57,506 nucleotides of DNA from a virus (taxonomy: Duplodnaviria; Caudoviricetes): the IMG/VR virus record IMGVR_UViG_3300032322_001172, positions 1 to 57,506 of that record. The stretch is one strand, 5' to 3'. Positions within the stretch are counted from its first letter, which is position 1. Each line of letters opens with the position of its first letter. A program made the translations under genes and the position numbers. Shown piece by piece: positions 48,982 through 57,506 of this stretch. The notes below the pieces were generated by a model. That model was given only the letters and a program-made list of their open reading frames with translations, ran no database searches and was not told the DNA's origin.

Positions 48982-49829
48982 AAAAAATTTGCTTGATCAA
49001 TAGTCACTGCAATATCATAGGCATGTTCGCATGATTCACATTTGACATGAACATCCTTCATATCGATGGATTCTTTGATTTTAGCGATATGATCTGATAT
49101 TTTTTCAAAAACTTCTTTAGGCGAGTTGTCAATAAATTCTCTAATAAACTTAGGATCATCAGTTGAACCGTCAGGTGTATCAATTCTAGCAATACAACCT
49201 GCAATAATTTCCACAGTTAATTCTGATAATTTAACAAAACTTTCTCCAAACTGTTTGATCTTATCTTCGTCGGATATAGATTCGTCGTTGACAATGTTTA
49301 AAATTCGTTGCTGTTCAAAAGTTTTTAAACTGGCCTTGGTCATTTCTTGATAAGTGTAAGGACGAATATGCACAATCAATGGACCATTTTGTATTTGAGA
49401 TTGGTATTCAAAACCTGATAATTCATGGAGACGGCCTGTTAGGCTAACTTCATAGGTATTTTCTGCACCGCAGGCTGTGCAATTAGCAGTTACATCTAGA
49501 TTTTCGCCGTAGGTTGCAATTCTAATAGCCATTAGTACTGCATCAACATCAATACTGGGCATCTGCCATGGATCTAAGATAGCAGGCATACAACTTTTAA
49601 TTACTTCTACAGTGCTTTGTCCTGAAAGCAGTGCATCTGGAGTTTTAAACATTAGTTCGTCTTTGGCAGTCATTGCAAAAACTGGATATTCTCCGTTCTG
49701 ACTCAGATCTAAGGAACCCTCTGGATAGAATTCACCGTTAGAAGGTAGCTTGATATAAATCTTAGGTTGACGGAACCAATTAGCCAATGGATTGACTTTT
49801 GATTGCATCTTTGTTTCAATTTCTGCCAT
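48966..49829 (-). CDS. Baseplate hub/tail assembly chaperone, T4 gp26-like
   Basis: 'IKLPS.G..Y', 'MTAKDE', 'D.DAVLMAIRIATYGE', two CxxC motifs (CTAC, CESC), 'IRPYTY'; GGAG RBS. Confidence 0.75.
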   Translation of the reverse strand: MAEIETKMQSKVNPLANWFRQPKIYIKLPSNGEFYPEGSLDLSQNGEYPVFAMTAKDELMFKTPDALLSGQSTVEVIKSCMPAILDPWQMPSIDVDAVLMAIRIATYGENLDVTANCTACGAENTYEVSLTGRLHELSGFEYQSQIQNGPLIVHIRPYTYQEMTKASLKTFEQQRILNIVNDESISDEDKIKQFGESFVKLSELTVEIIAGCIARIDTPDGSTDDPKFIREFIDNSPKEVFEKISDHIAKIKESIDMKDVHVKCESCEHAYDIAVTIDQANFFAVRS

Positions 49830-49842
49830 ATTTTATCTCCAA

Positions 49843-49870
49843 TAAATACAAATAGCGAAAAGTATTTATA
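49843..49870. promoter_or_regulatory. Face-to-face pair of late promoters
   Basis: TAAATA (+) at 49843-49848 points to the tape measure gene; full TATAAATA (-) at 49870-49863 points to the chaperone gene. Confidence 0.65.
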
Positions 49871-49896
49871 TGCGCAGATTTCTGGAAAAATAATAT

Positions 49897-52800
49897 ATGG
49901 CCAATCCTGTAATAATTGATATACCCGGCGTAGGACCAGTCGAAGCTACCAATGCGGCCACTGAACAAACACTTAGAGATATATTAAAAGCTATTCAAAA
50001 AGGTGGGTTAAACAAAGGCGGTGGAGGTGCGGGCGGTGCTGCTGGATTGCCTGGTAATCTTTCTGGCGGTCTAAGCGGTGTAGGAAAATCTTCTACAGCC
50101 GTAGGCAAAGCTATGGGTGGTCTGGTTGGCAAACTTGGTCTGGTTGCTAATGTAGCTGGACAGGTAGCTATGAAGTTTCTAGAAGTTGGTGCTGCATCTG
50201 CAAAACTTATCAAAGAGTTTTCGAATGTAGGAGACGATCTAGAAGCCGCAGCAGGAACATTTAAGATGATTCCTATAGTAGGCGGAGTTCTAGCAGACAG
50301 CTTCGGAGCTGTTGCACAAGCCTCACAGAAAACCGCTAGAGCTTATCAAAGTGCTGCATCTGCTGGCGCAAGTTTTAATGGTAGCATGAATCTATTTGTA
50401 AAAACTGCCAGTCAAGCAGGTCTTACTATGGATCAGTTTGGTGCATTGGTTGCCAAAGGCGGAGAAGGCCTTTTAGCACTAGGTCCTACAGTAGAAGAAG
50501 GTGCTAAAAGATTTGGAGCAGTGTCTAAGCAACTAAGAGCCACAGGCAAAGACTTGTACGCTCTGGGCTATTCTACAGAACAAATTAACGAAGGCATTGT
50601 TTCTTACGGAAAATTATTGCGAGCACAAGGTCTAGCAAGAGGTCAATCGGATGCACAATTAGCTGCTGGTGCAAGAAATTATCTTAAAGAAATGGATGCA
50701 CTGGCCAAAGTTACAGGCATGTCAAGACAAGAAGCCGAGCAGGCTTTGTTACAACAACAACAAGATGCTCAATTTCATTCTTACATGTCAAATAAGAATA
50801 AAGATGTACGAGATTCATTTGCAACATTATTAACAACTGCTAATAAAGCTTCTCCTGAATTAGCAGCAATGATGAAAGACTATGTCACTACTGGTAGCTT
50901 TACCAATGCAGAACATGCAAAAACTGCATCATTGATGGGAGAAGGTGCTCTGTCTGCACTACAAGAGCTACGAAGAATGTCAGAGTCTGGAGAAAAAATA
51001 AGTGCAGCAAAACAAGACGCTATCTTTAGACAACTGGCTGCCGCCGGCAAACAAATGCAGTCAAATTTCGGTGAAACTTTAGCAGCCACCGGAGGAGAAT
51101 TTGATCATGCTATCAAGGCTCAAATTGGTCTAAACAAATTAGAAGAACAGTCTTTAGAAGCAGCTAGAAAATCTCAAGACAAGGCTGCACAGAATCAGGA
51201 AAAGTTAAATCAACAAATTGAACAGGCTAAACAACGATTAGCTGCACTTTCTAACTCGTTTACTATGACTCTAGTCAACAGTGGCATGTTAGACAAATTA
51301 TTAAAAGGGTTTGAATCGTTAGCTGAGTTTGTCAATACTGTAGTAACACCAATTTTCCATGCATTTATGGGAATAGTAGGACCTCTGGTAACTTTTCTTG
51401 CTAATGTCTTTACACCTATTTTTAAAACATTAAGCAACTTAGTAGAAACGATATTGATGCCGTTTAAGTATCTTGGCTACCTATTTGACAGTGTAGCCGG
51501 AGATACCAGTCTTGTAAAGCTAGCAATGGAAGCATTGCTATTCCCTCTCAATGTTCTTATTGGCACAGTTAGACTAGCATTTACAGCTATGATGAAAATC
51601 TATGATACTATAGAAGATTTTCTAAGTCCTATGTTTTCTTTTCTTGGTAGAATGATTGACAGTGTAGGCAGAACCATTAAAGATTTTTTCAAACCTGTCA
51701 TCGAAGATGGTGCAACATTTTTTAAGAAAATAATGAATGCATTAGGATCAGTATTGAATCCAGTAATTGAAGTTTTTAGATCAGTTAAAAAAGCAGTAGG
51801 TGATGTTTTTAATTCATTTAATTCGTTTGGAGAAATAATCACAGGAATTAAATTAGCCTTTAAGAGTCTTGGATTAAACATCAAAGAAATGTGGTATGCT
51901 ATTAGAGATACTATACCGGGTCTAACTGATACATCTAAAGAAGAACGAGATGCACTAGAAAAAGAAAAACAAGCCCTTGTAGATGAAAAAGCAGCCTTCG
52001 GTAGCCAATTAGAAAGAAATAGAATAGAAAACCAAAAGAAAGAAGAAGAAAAACAAAGAGACAGAGATCGTAGAAGAGATGAACGAGATAAAACTTGGAA
52101 TGATCTTAGAACTCAGAGAGAAACAGGCTACTATAATGATAGAGTGGCGCATGCCAAAGCAGAAGCTGATGCTAAAAAGTCAGTAGATTGGAACGATTCG
52201 TTATCGGTATTGAAATACCATCAAGGTCTACAAGGCCAGCCAGGCTCTTCGTTGCCAGGTGCTCCGGGTGCAGCAACTACTCCTGCACAAATAAGTCAGA
52301 GCACAGCACAAAACATGGAATTGATCAAAGCAGCCTTGCAAAAACAAGGTATAACTGATCCTAAGTATATTGCCGCTACATTAGGCAATGTAATGAAAGA
52401 AACAGGCGGCAAGTCGATTTCAGAAAACATGAATTATGGTGGTACTCAGAATTCTCGTATTAGAGATATTTTTGGATCTAGAGCAGCCAAATATTCAGAT
52501 GCTGAACTTGATGTAATCAAAAAAGATCCCACAAAGATGGGAGAATTAATGTACGGTTCAGGAACAGCTATGGGCAAAGCTCTGGGCAACACCGAACCAG
52601 GAGATGGGTGGAAATATCGCGGTCGAGGATTCATTCAGCTTACAGGAAAAACAAATTATGCCGCAGCTTCGAGAGCTATCTACGGTGACAATAGATTAGT
52701 TGATAATCCAGACCTAGTAAACAATCCTCAAGTCGCAGCCGAAGTTAGTGCTTGGTACATGAAAAAAGGACAGTCTAGCATGGCTGGCAAATTGGGCATT

Positions 52801-53223
52801 AATACTGCTAACATGACTCAAGCTGAAGCCAACTTGTTAGCAACCTCTCAGATTGCTGGCGGAGACATTAGAAAGAAAGGCAAGATTGGTGCAGAGATCT
52901 CTGCCAAAGTAGACACATATTCTGCTCAGATGGCTAACATTGCAGGAGCACCTGTAAACACTCAAGTAGCATCATCGAGAACTGATATGGAAAATTCCAT
53001 TGCTGCTCAAAAACAAGCTGCACAACAAACTGCTCCTAGTGGAAAGAAAGACGACACAACCGCTTCCCCAGGTCCTAGAACAACTCAAGAATCAGCAGAA
53101 TCGTTGTTAAGTAGCTTAAATACTAAGATGGATATGCTTATTAGAGTCACTTCAGATCTCAACAGAGTAAATGAACGACAATTATCAGTACAACAAGGTC
53201 TCAGCGGTAACCTGTTTGCATAA
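49897..53223 (+). CDS. Tape measure protein with C-terminal GH19 (chitinase/lysozyme-like) domain
   Basis: 1108 aa, Ala-rich helical body with a periodic Phe/Pro segment; GH19 motif 'LGNTEPGDGWKYRGRGFIQLTGKTNY' near 52580-52660. Confidence 0.8.
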   Translation: MANPVIIDIPGVGPVEATNAATEQTLRDILKAIQKGGLNKGGGGAGGAAGLPGNLSGGLSGVGKSSTAVGKAMGGLVGKLGLVANVAGQVAMKFLEVGAASAKLIKEFSNVGDDLEAAAGTFKMIPIVGGVLADSFGAVAQASQKTARAYQSAASAGASFNGSMNLFVKTASQAGLTMDQFGALVAKGGEGLLALGPTVEEGAKRFGAVSKQLRATGKDLYALGYSTEQINEGIVSYGKLLRAQGLARGQSDAQLAAGARNYLKEMDALAKVTGMSRQEAEQALLQQQQDAQFHSYMSNKNKDVRDSFATLLTTANKASPELAAMMKDYVTTGSFTNAEHAKTASLMGEGALSALQELRRMSESGEKISAAKQDAIFRQLAAAGKQMQSNFGETLAATGGEFDHAIKAQIGLNKLEEQSLEAARKSQDKAAQNQEKLNQQIEQAKQRLAALSNSFTMTLVNSGMLDKLLKGFESLAEFVNTVVTPIFHAFMGIVGPLVTFLANVFTPIFKTLSNLVETILMPFKYLGYLFDSVAGDTSLVKLAMEALLFPLNVLIGTVRLAFTAMMKIYDTIEDFLSPMFSFLGRMIDSVGRTIKDFFKPVIEDGATFFKKIMNALGSVLNPVIEVFRSVKKAVGDVFNSFNSFGEIITGIKLAFKSLGLNIKEMWYAIRDTIPGLTDTSKEERDALEKEKQALVDEKAAFGSQLERNRIENQKKEEEKQRDRDRRRDERDKTWNDLRTQRETGYYNDRVAHAKAEADAKKSVDWNDSLSVLKYHQGLQGQPGSSLPGAPGAATTPAQISQSTAQNMELIKAALQKQGITDPKYIAATLGNVMKETGGKSISENMNYGGTQNSRIRDIFGSRAAKYSDAELDVIKKDPTKMGELMYGSGTAMGKALGNTEPGDGWKYRGRGFIQLTGKTNYAAASRAIYGDNRLVDNPDLVNNPQVAAEVSAWYMKKGQSSMAGKLGINTANMTQAEANLLATSQIAGGDIRKKGKIGAEISAKVDTYSAQMANIAGAPVNTQVASSRTDMENSIAAQKQAAQQTAPSGKKDDTTASPGPRTTQESAESLLSSLNTKMDMLIRVTSDLNRVNERQLSVQQGLSGNLFA

Positions 53224-53239
53224 GTCTAAGGAAAAATAA

Positions 53240-54955
53240 ATGTCTTGGAAAAAGTATTTCACACCAGTAACTGTAGACAATCAAGCAGGTGGTATCAGCG
53301 TACTCAGCGGTAGACAAGGTCGTCCGGGTCCTGCTAGAGCACATTATTCATCATTTCTTCCAGATGTCTATGCAGGCGCACCAAATCGTGTTGAGCGTTA
53401 CATGCAGTACGACACTATGGACATGGACAGCGAAGTTAATGCCGCATTGGATATTCTTGCAGAGTTTTGTACTCAAAAAGATAAAGAAAACTCAACACCG
53501 TTTCATGTTTCCTTTAGAGGAAAACCCACAGCTACAGAAGTAAAATTACTCAAAGATAGTTTACAAAAATGGAGTAAACAACAGCAGTTTGAAACAAGAA
53601 TTTTCCGTATAGTGCGTAATGCATTCAAATATGGAGACTGTTTTTTCATTCGAGATCCAGAAACTAAAAAATGGCTTTTTGTTGATGCAGCCAAAGTTTC
53701 AAAAATTATTGTAAATGAAAGTGAAGGCAAGATTCCAGAGCAATATGTTGTTCGTGATATTAATTTCAATTTCAAAGATTTAATTGCAGTAACTCCTCAC
53801 GGTACAACTAACACAGCACCTAGCGGCACAAGCTCATATACCAGCGGTGGCGGATTTGGCAGAGGTATGGTGGGTTCAGCAGCTCAGCCCCCAGGCACAC
53901 GATTTTCAAATCAAACTAACGAAGTTACAGTTGATGCAAAGAACATTGTACATATTAGTTTAAGCGAAGGATTAGATAATAACTATCCTTTTGGTAATTC
54001 GTTATTAGAATCAGTATTCAAAGTCTATAAACAAAAAGAACTGCTCGAAGATGCTATTATTATCTATAGAATTCAGCGAGCACCAGAGCGTAGAATTTTC
54101 TATGTTGATGTAGGAAACATGCCAGCACACATGGCTATGAGTTTCGTTGAGCGTGTAAAAAATGAAATTCAGCAGCGCCGCATTCCTAGTTCAACAGGTG
54201 GCGGTACTAGTGTTATTGATTCCAGCTATAATCCATTGTCAACTAACGAAGATTACTTCTTCCCACAAACTGCAGAAGGCAGAGGCAGTAAAGTTGAAAC
54301 ACTACCAGGCGGTACTAATCTAGGTGAAATTACTGACTTGCGTTATTTTACCAACAAGTTATTCCGTGCTCTGCGTATACCAGCTAGCTATTTGCCTACA
54401 GCTATTGATGAACAGCCAAACACTGTTGCTGATGGAAAAGTAGGAACAGCCTACATCCAAGAATTGCGTTTTAATGAATACTGTAAGAGACTACAATCTA
54501 ACATTGTAGAAACATTTGATCAAGAATTCAAAATGTGGCTAAACTGGCAAGGTATCAATATTGATTCTAGCCTATTTGAATTAAAATTCAATCAACCACA
54601 GAACTTTGCTGCCTATCGTCAATCAGAACTTGACACCGCAAGAGCAGCAACATTTAGTCAAGTGGTACAAATTCCTCACTTGAGCAAGCGGTTTGCTCTA
54701 AAGAGATTCTTAGGATTAACTGAAGAAGAGATCAAAGAAAACGAACAATTATGGCGAGAGGAAAACGGAGCAAACCTCAGACCTCCTACAGATGATGCAC
54801 AAAGCCAAATGAGATCTGCAGGAATTACACCAGCAGGGATCGCCGGCGATGCAGCAGGTCAAACTGCAGAAGCTCCTCCGGATATGGCAGCAGCAGCTGA
54901 ACAAGGTGCAGCAGGCGAAGAAGTTGCCGCACCAGCCGAACAGCCCGCACAATAA
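53240..54955 (+). CDS. Portal protein, T4 gp20-like
   Basis: 'LLEDAIIIYRIQRAPERRIFYVDVGNMP', 'EDYFFP...GRGSKVETLPGG.NLGEI.DLRYF..KLFRALRIP'. Confidence 0.95.
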   Translation: MSWKKYFTPVTVDNQAGGISVLSGRQGRPGPARAHYSSFLPDVYAGAPNRVERYMQYDTMDMDSEVNAALDILAEFCTQKDKENSTPFHVSFRGKPTATEVKLLKDSLQKWSKQQQFETRIFRIVRNAFKYGDCFFIRDPETKKWLFVDAAKVSKIIVNESEGKIPEQYVVRDINFNFKDLIAVTPHGTTNTAPSGTSSYTSGGGFGRGMVGSAAQPPGTRFSNQTNEVTVDAKNIVHISLSEGLDNNYPFGNSLLESVFKVYKQKELLEDAIIIYRIQRAPERRIFYVDVGNMPAHMAMSFVERVKNEIQQRRIPSSTGGGTSVIDSSYNPLSTNEDYFFPQTAEGRGSKVETLPGGTNLGEITDLRYFTNKLFRALRIPASYLPTAIDEQPNTVADGKVGTAYIQELRFNEYCKRLQSNIVETFDQEFKMWLNWQGINIDSSLFELKFNQPQNFAAYRQSELDTARAATFSQVVQIPHLSKRFALKRFLGLTEEEIKENEQLWREENGANLRPPTDDAQSQMRSAGITPAGIAGDAAGQTAEAPPDMAAAAEQGAAGEEVAAPAEQPAQ

Positions 54956-54961
54956 TAAATA
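54956..54961 (+). promoter_or_regulatory. Putative late promoter TAAATA
   Basis: TAAATA-CAGT-ATG(54966), directly after the portal stop. Confidence 0.55.
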
Positions 54962-54965
54962 CAGT

Positions 54966-55211
54966 ATGCTTCTAAAAGAATTTTTTTATTTTAGCGATAA
55001 AAACAATGACTTTGCTACGGATCGCAGGTACGATGCCGGCAGAGATCAATCTGTGGTCAAAAAAGAAGATACTCGAAAAATAAGGCTGACACTCCGCCAA
55101 ATTAATCAACTAAGACTAGCTGCTGAAGCGCATGAGGTCGAACAGCAATCAGAGCTAGATTTTATTAGACAAATGTACGGAACTCCAGTTGAAGCCGCAT
55201 CAACCGAATAA
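54966..55211 (+). CDS. Small head-associated protein (81 aa)
   Basis: Likely start MLLKEFF at 54966; 'DTRK.RLTL.QINQLR...RQMY'. The track start at 54849 overlaps the portal gene. Confidence 0.65.
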   Translation: MLLKEFFYFSDKNNDFATDRRYDAGRDQSVVKKEDTRKIRLTLRQINQLRLAAEAHEVEQQSELDFIRQMYGTPVEAASTE

Positions 55212-55827
55212 CCCCGCGTTCGTTCTAGGTAACGGAAAAAGCAGATTAACAGTAGATCTAAACTCATTATTAAGTTTAGGCACAGTCTACGGATGTAATG
55301 CTATCTATAGAGAAGTTGATCCCCATTTTCTAATAGCAGTAGATGTAAAAATGATCAACGAAATCATTGCAGCCGGCTATCATAAAACACATTCTGTCTG
55401 GACAAATCCAAATAAAGGTGTCAGCAGTAAAGCACATATAAACTTTTTTAATCCCCATAAAGGCTGGAGTTCCGGACCAACAGCATTATGGTTTGCCTGC
55501 ACTCAAGGACATAAAGAAGTGTATATTTTTGGCTTTGACTACATGGGTCATAATGGCAAATTCAACAATGTGTACGCTGATACCTATAACTATAAAAAGA
55601 GTACAGACACAGCTACATTCTACGGAAATTGGTTAAATCAAACAGAAAAAGTTATTAAAGAATTTAGAAAAATTAAATTCTATAGAGTAATTAATCGAGG
55701 CGATTTTATGCCAGATAAATTGGGACCTTTGTTGCCTAACCTCGAGCATATCACTTATGACGAACTAGCAAAAAAATTTCCAATTATTATATATTCCGCA
55801 GAAAACGATCAAAAAACTACCATTTAA
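55189..55827 (+). CDS. Rossmann-like protein of the DUF115/MAF/sialyltransferase-like type
   Basis: 'AFVLGNGKSR', 'YGCNAIYR', 'LIAVD', 'SSGPTAL', 'VYIFGFD'. Confidence 0.6.
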   Translation: MKPHQPNNPAFVLGNGKSRLTVDLNSLLSLGTVYGCNAIYREVDPHFLIAVDVKMINEIIAAGYHKTHSVWTNPNKGVSSKAHINFFNPHKGWSSGPTALWFACTQGHKEVYIFGFDYMGHNGKFNNVYADTYNYKKSTDTATFYGNWLNQTEKVIKEFRKIKFYRVINRGDFMPDKLGPLLPNLEHITYDELAKKFPIIIYSAENDQKTTI

Positions 55828-55849
55828 CCCTTATTTAATCTATTTGTAG

Positions 55850-55855
55850 TAAATA
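55850..55855 (+). promoter_or_regulatory. Putative late promoter TAAATA
   Basis: Upstream of an AAGGAG RBS and ATG 55892. Confidence 0.6.
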
Positions 55856-55891
55856 AAACGACAGCCTAACCATCTTTAAGGAGAATATAAC

Positions 55892-56737
55892 ATGGCCGAT
55901 AACAAGATTCTAGAGCAAATGCTTGAGCATTTGGTCAACGACGAAAAAGAGAAAGCTGAAGAGCTTTTCCACGAGTATGTAGTTTCTAAATCACGCGAAA
56001 TTTATGAAACACTCATCGAAGACGAAATCGAAGAAGAAAAAGACGAAGACGAAGATGATGAGGAAGTAAAAGAAGCTTCCGACGAAGAAAAAGACGACGA
56101 AGACGAGGAAGTAAAAGAAGCTTCCGACGACGAAGACATGGACGAAGGTTTTGAAGATATCGCTATCGAAGCCGACGACGAAGAAGGTGACATGGGTGGT
56201 ATGGGCGGAGACGCTACTGACGATCTAGAAGCAGAACTAGGTGACGAAGGCGAAGAAGATCTAGCCGACAAAGAGCCAGAAGAACTATTCCAAGACCTAG
56301 ACGCTATTGTAGACGAACTACAAGCTAAATTTGACGCAATGGGCGGAGAAGAAGGCGGTGAAATGAAAGACGCTTTTGATCCAGAACTAGAAACAGTTCG
56401 TGAATATGTAGAAAAAGTTGCCCCAGCAAAAATGGGTGACAACGGTGTAAACACCAAGTCTATCGTTGCTGGTAAGAATGATATGGGCGGTACAACTGCT
56501 AACATTCTAAGCGGTCGTAACGGTCAGGATGCAGGTACAGTTGGTGCCGGAAACAAAATTAAAGGTTCCGCACTAAATGACCAAAATCCAAAAGAAGATA
56601 ATGCTGGTAATATCAATGTTCCAGGCGGCAAAGCAGGCAATGCTTTTAGCAAGAAAGAGCCAGGACATGGTGCTGAGAAGAAAGGCACTGCTGAACAAGC
56701 TGATAACAAGCAAAGCCTTTTCCGTGGTCGTAGATAA
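55892..56737 (+). CDS. Highly acidic prohead core/scaffold-like protein
   Basis: D/E-rich; lies between portal and prohead protease, as T4 gp67/gp68 do; strong RBS. Confidence 0.65.
   Translation: MADNKILEQMLEHLVNDEKEKAEELFHEYVVSKSREIYETLIEDEIEEEKDEDEDDEEVKEASDEEKDDEDEEVKEASDDEDMDEGFEDIAIEADDEEGDMGGMGGDATDDLEAELGDEGEEDLADKEPEELFQDLDAIVDELQAKFDAMGGEEGGEMKDAFDPELETVREYVEKVAPAKMGDNGVNTKSIVAGKNDMGGTTANILSGRNGQDAGTVGAGNKIKGSALNDQNPKEDNAGNINVPGGKAGNAFSKKEPGHGAEKKGTAEQADNKQSLFRGRR
56060..56130 (+). repeat. 26-bp direct repeat with 45-bp period (EEVKEASD x2)
   Basis: GAGGAAGTAAAAGAAGCTTCCGACGA at 56060-56085 and 56105-56130. Confidence 0.85.
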
Positions 56738-56750
56738 TAGGACTATATAG

Positions 56751-57380
56751 GTGAAAACTACTCTATCAGAACACTTGAGTTTTGACCAGGCTAAGATTGT
56801 CTTGGAGCGAGATGAAGGCAGCGACGGTAAAAAGTCGATGCATTTAAATGGCATTTGCATTCAAGGAGACATCCGAAATGCAAATCAACGCATTTATTCT
56901 TCTCAAGAAATTGGCAGGGCTGTCAAGACGCTCAACGAACAGATCTCTGGCGGATACTCTGTTCTTGGAGAAGTTGATCATCCTCAGGATTTAAAAATCA
57001 ATCTTGATCGTGTTTCACACATGATTACCAAGATGTGGATGGACGGTCCTAACGGCTACGGAAAACTTAAAATCCTTCCAACTCCAATGGGTCAACTAGT
57101 ACAGACTATGTTGGAGTCGGGAGTAAAACTAGGAGTTTCAAGCAGGGGCAGCGGCGAAGTTGACGGCAGCGGTAATGTCCAAGGTTTTGAAATTATCACT
57201 GTTGATGTAGTAGCACAACCATCAGCCCCGGGAGCTTATCCTACACCAGTTTATGAACATCTAATGAATAATACAGGCGGCTATCAGGCATATAGAATAG
57301 CACAAGAAGTCAAAGGCGATCCAAAGGCACAGAAATACTTAGCAGAGAGTCTTAAGAGAATTATCTCTGGACTCAAATAA
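56751..57380 (+). CDS. Prohead protease, T4 gp21-like
   Basis: 'N.N.RIY', 'LGEVDHP', 'GVSSRGSG', 'DVVAQPSAPGAYP'. Confidence 0.95.
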   Translation: MKTTLSEHLSFDQAKIVLERDEGSDGKKSMHLNGICIQGDIRNANQRIYSSQEIGRAVKTLNEQISGGYSVLGEVDHPQDLKINLDRVSHMITKMWMDGPNGYGKLKILPTPMGQLVQTMLESGVKLGVSSRGSGEVDGSGNVQGFEIITVDVVAQPSAPGAYPTPVYEHLMNNTGGYQAYRIAQEVKGDPKAQKYLAESLKRIISGLK

Positions 57381-57395
57381 CAGAGGAGAATCACA

Positions 57396-57506
57396 ATGTT
57401 AGATATAGTAAAACAGTTGTTTGAAAACAATGTGATTTCCGAAGAGATCAAATCGGAAATTGAAAATGCTTGGCAAAGCAGAATTCAAGAAAACCGTGAT
57501 CAAGTC
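57396..57506 (+). CDS. Prohead scaffold, gp22-like (partial, runs off the right edge)
   Basis: AGGAG at 57384-57388; MLDIVKQLFENNVISEEIKSEIENAWQSRIQENRDQV; follows gp21. Confidence 0.7.
   Translation, partial: MLDIVKQLFENNVISEEIKSEIENAWQSRIQENRDQV

Noticed and set aside
56002-56860. Ser-rich and other minus-strand ORFs
   Set aside because: Antisense shadows of the acidic core and protease genes.
1-57506. Stop-codon reassignment, tRNAs, introns or inteins
   Set aside because: TAA, TAG and TGA all end genes at sensible boundaries, core genes are uninterrupted and of plausible length, and no tRNA cloverleaf was recognised.

Overview
The window is a 57.5 kb segment of a large T4-related contractile-tailed (jumbo-type) dsDNA phage genome that uses the standard genetic code. 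Positions 1-40563 (minus strand) are a tail-fibre and baseplate module: two paralogous fibre/appendage families, a 4861-aa wedge-like protein and gp6-, gp25-, gp5-, hub-, gp53- and gp48/54-like genes. Positions 40648-45508 (plus strand) carry a gp55-like late sigma factor, the gp47/gp46 (Mre11/Rad50) nuclease, a 2OG-Fe(II) oxygenase, a small Hc1-like protein and a single-domain GIY-YIG nuclease. The only long non-coding stretch (45509-46015) follows and is densely structured. Next come three candidate protease-processed internal head proteins, a gp26/gp51-like chaperone pair that looks joined by a -1 frameshift, a tape measure protein with a GH19 domain, and the head genes (portal gp20, acidic core protein, protease gp21, start of the gp22-like scaffold). 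The best leads are the ~350-nt structured RNA candidate directly downstream of the GIY-YIG gene, the frameshift, the capsid-targeting-like internal proteins, apparent leaderless transcripts, and nested domain insertions in the fibre proteins. All protein calls rest on motifs recognised by eye and on gene order; no searches or folding programs were run.
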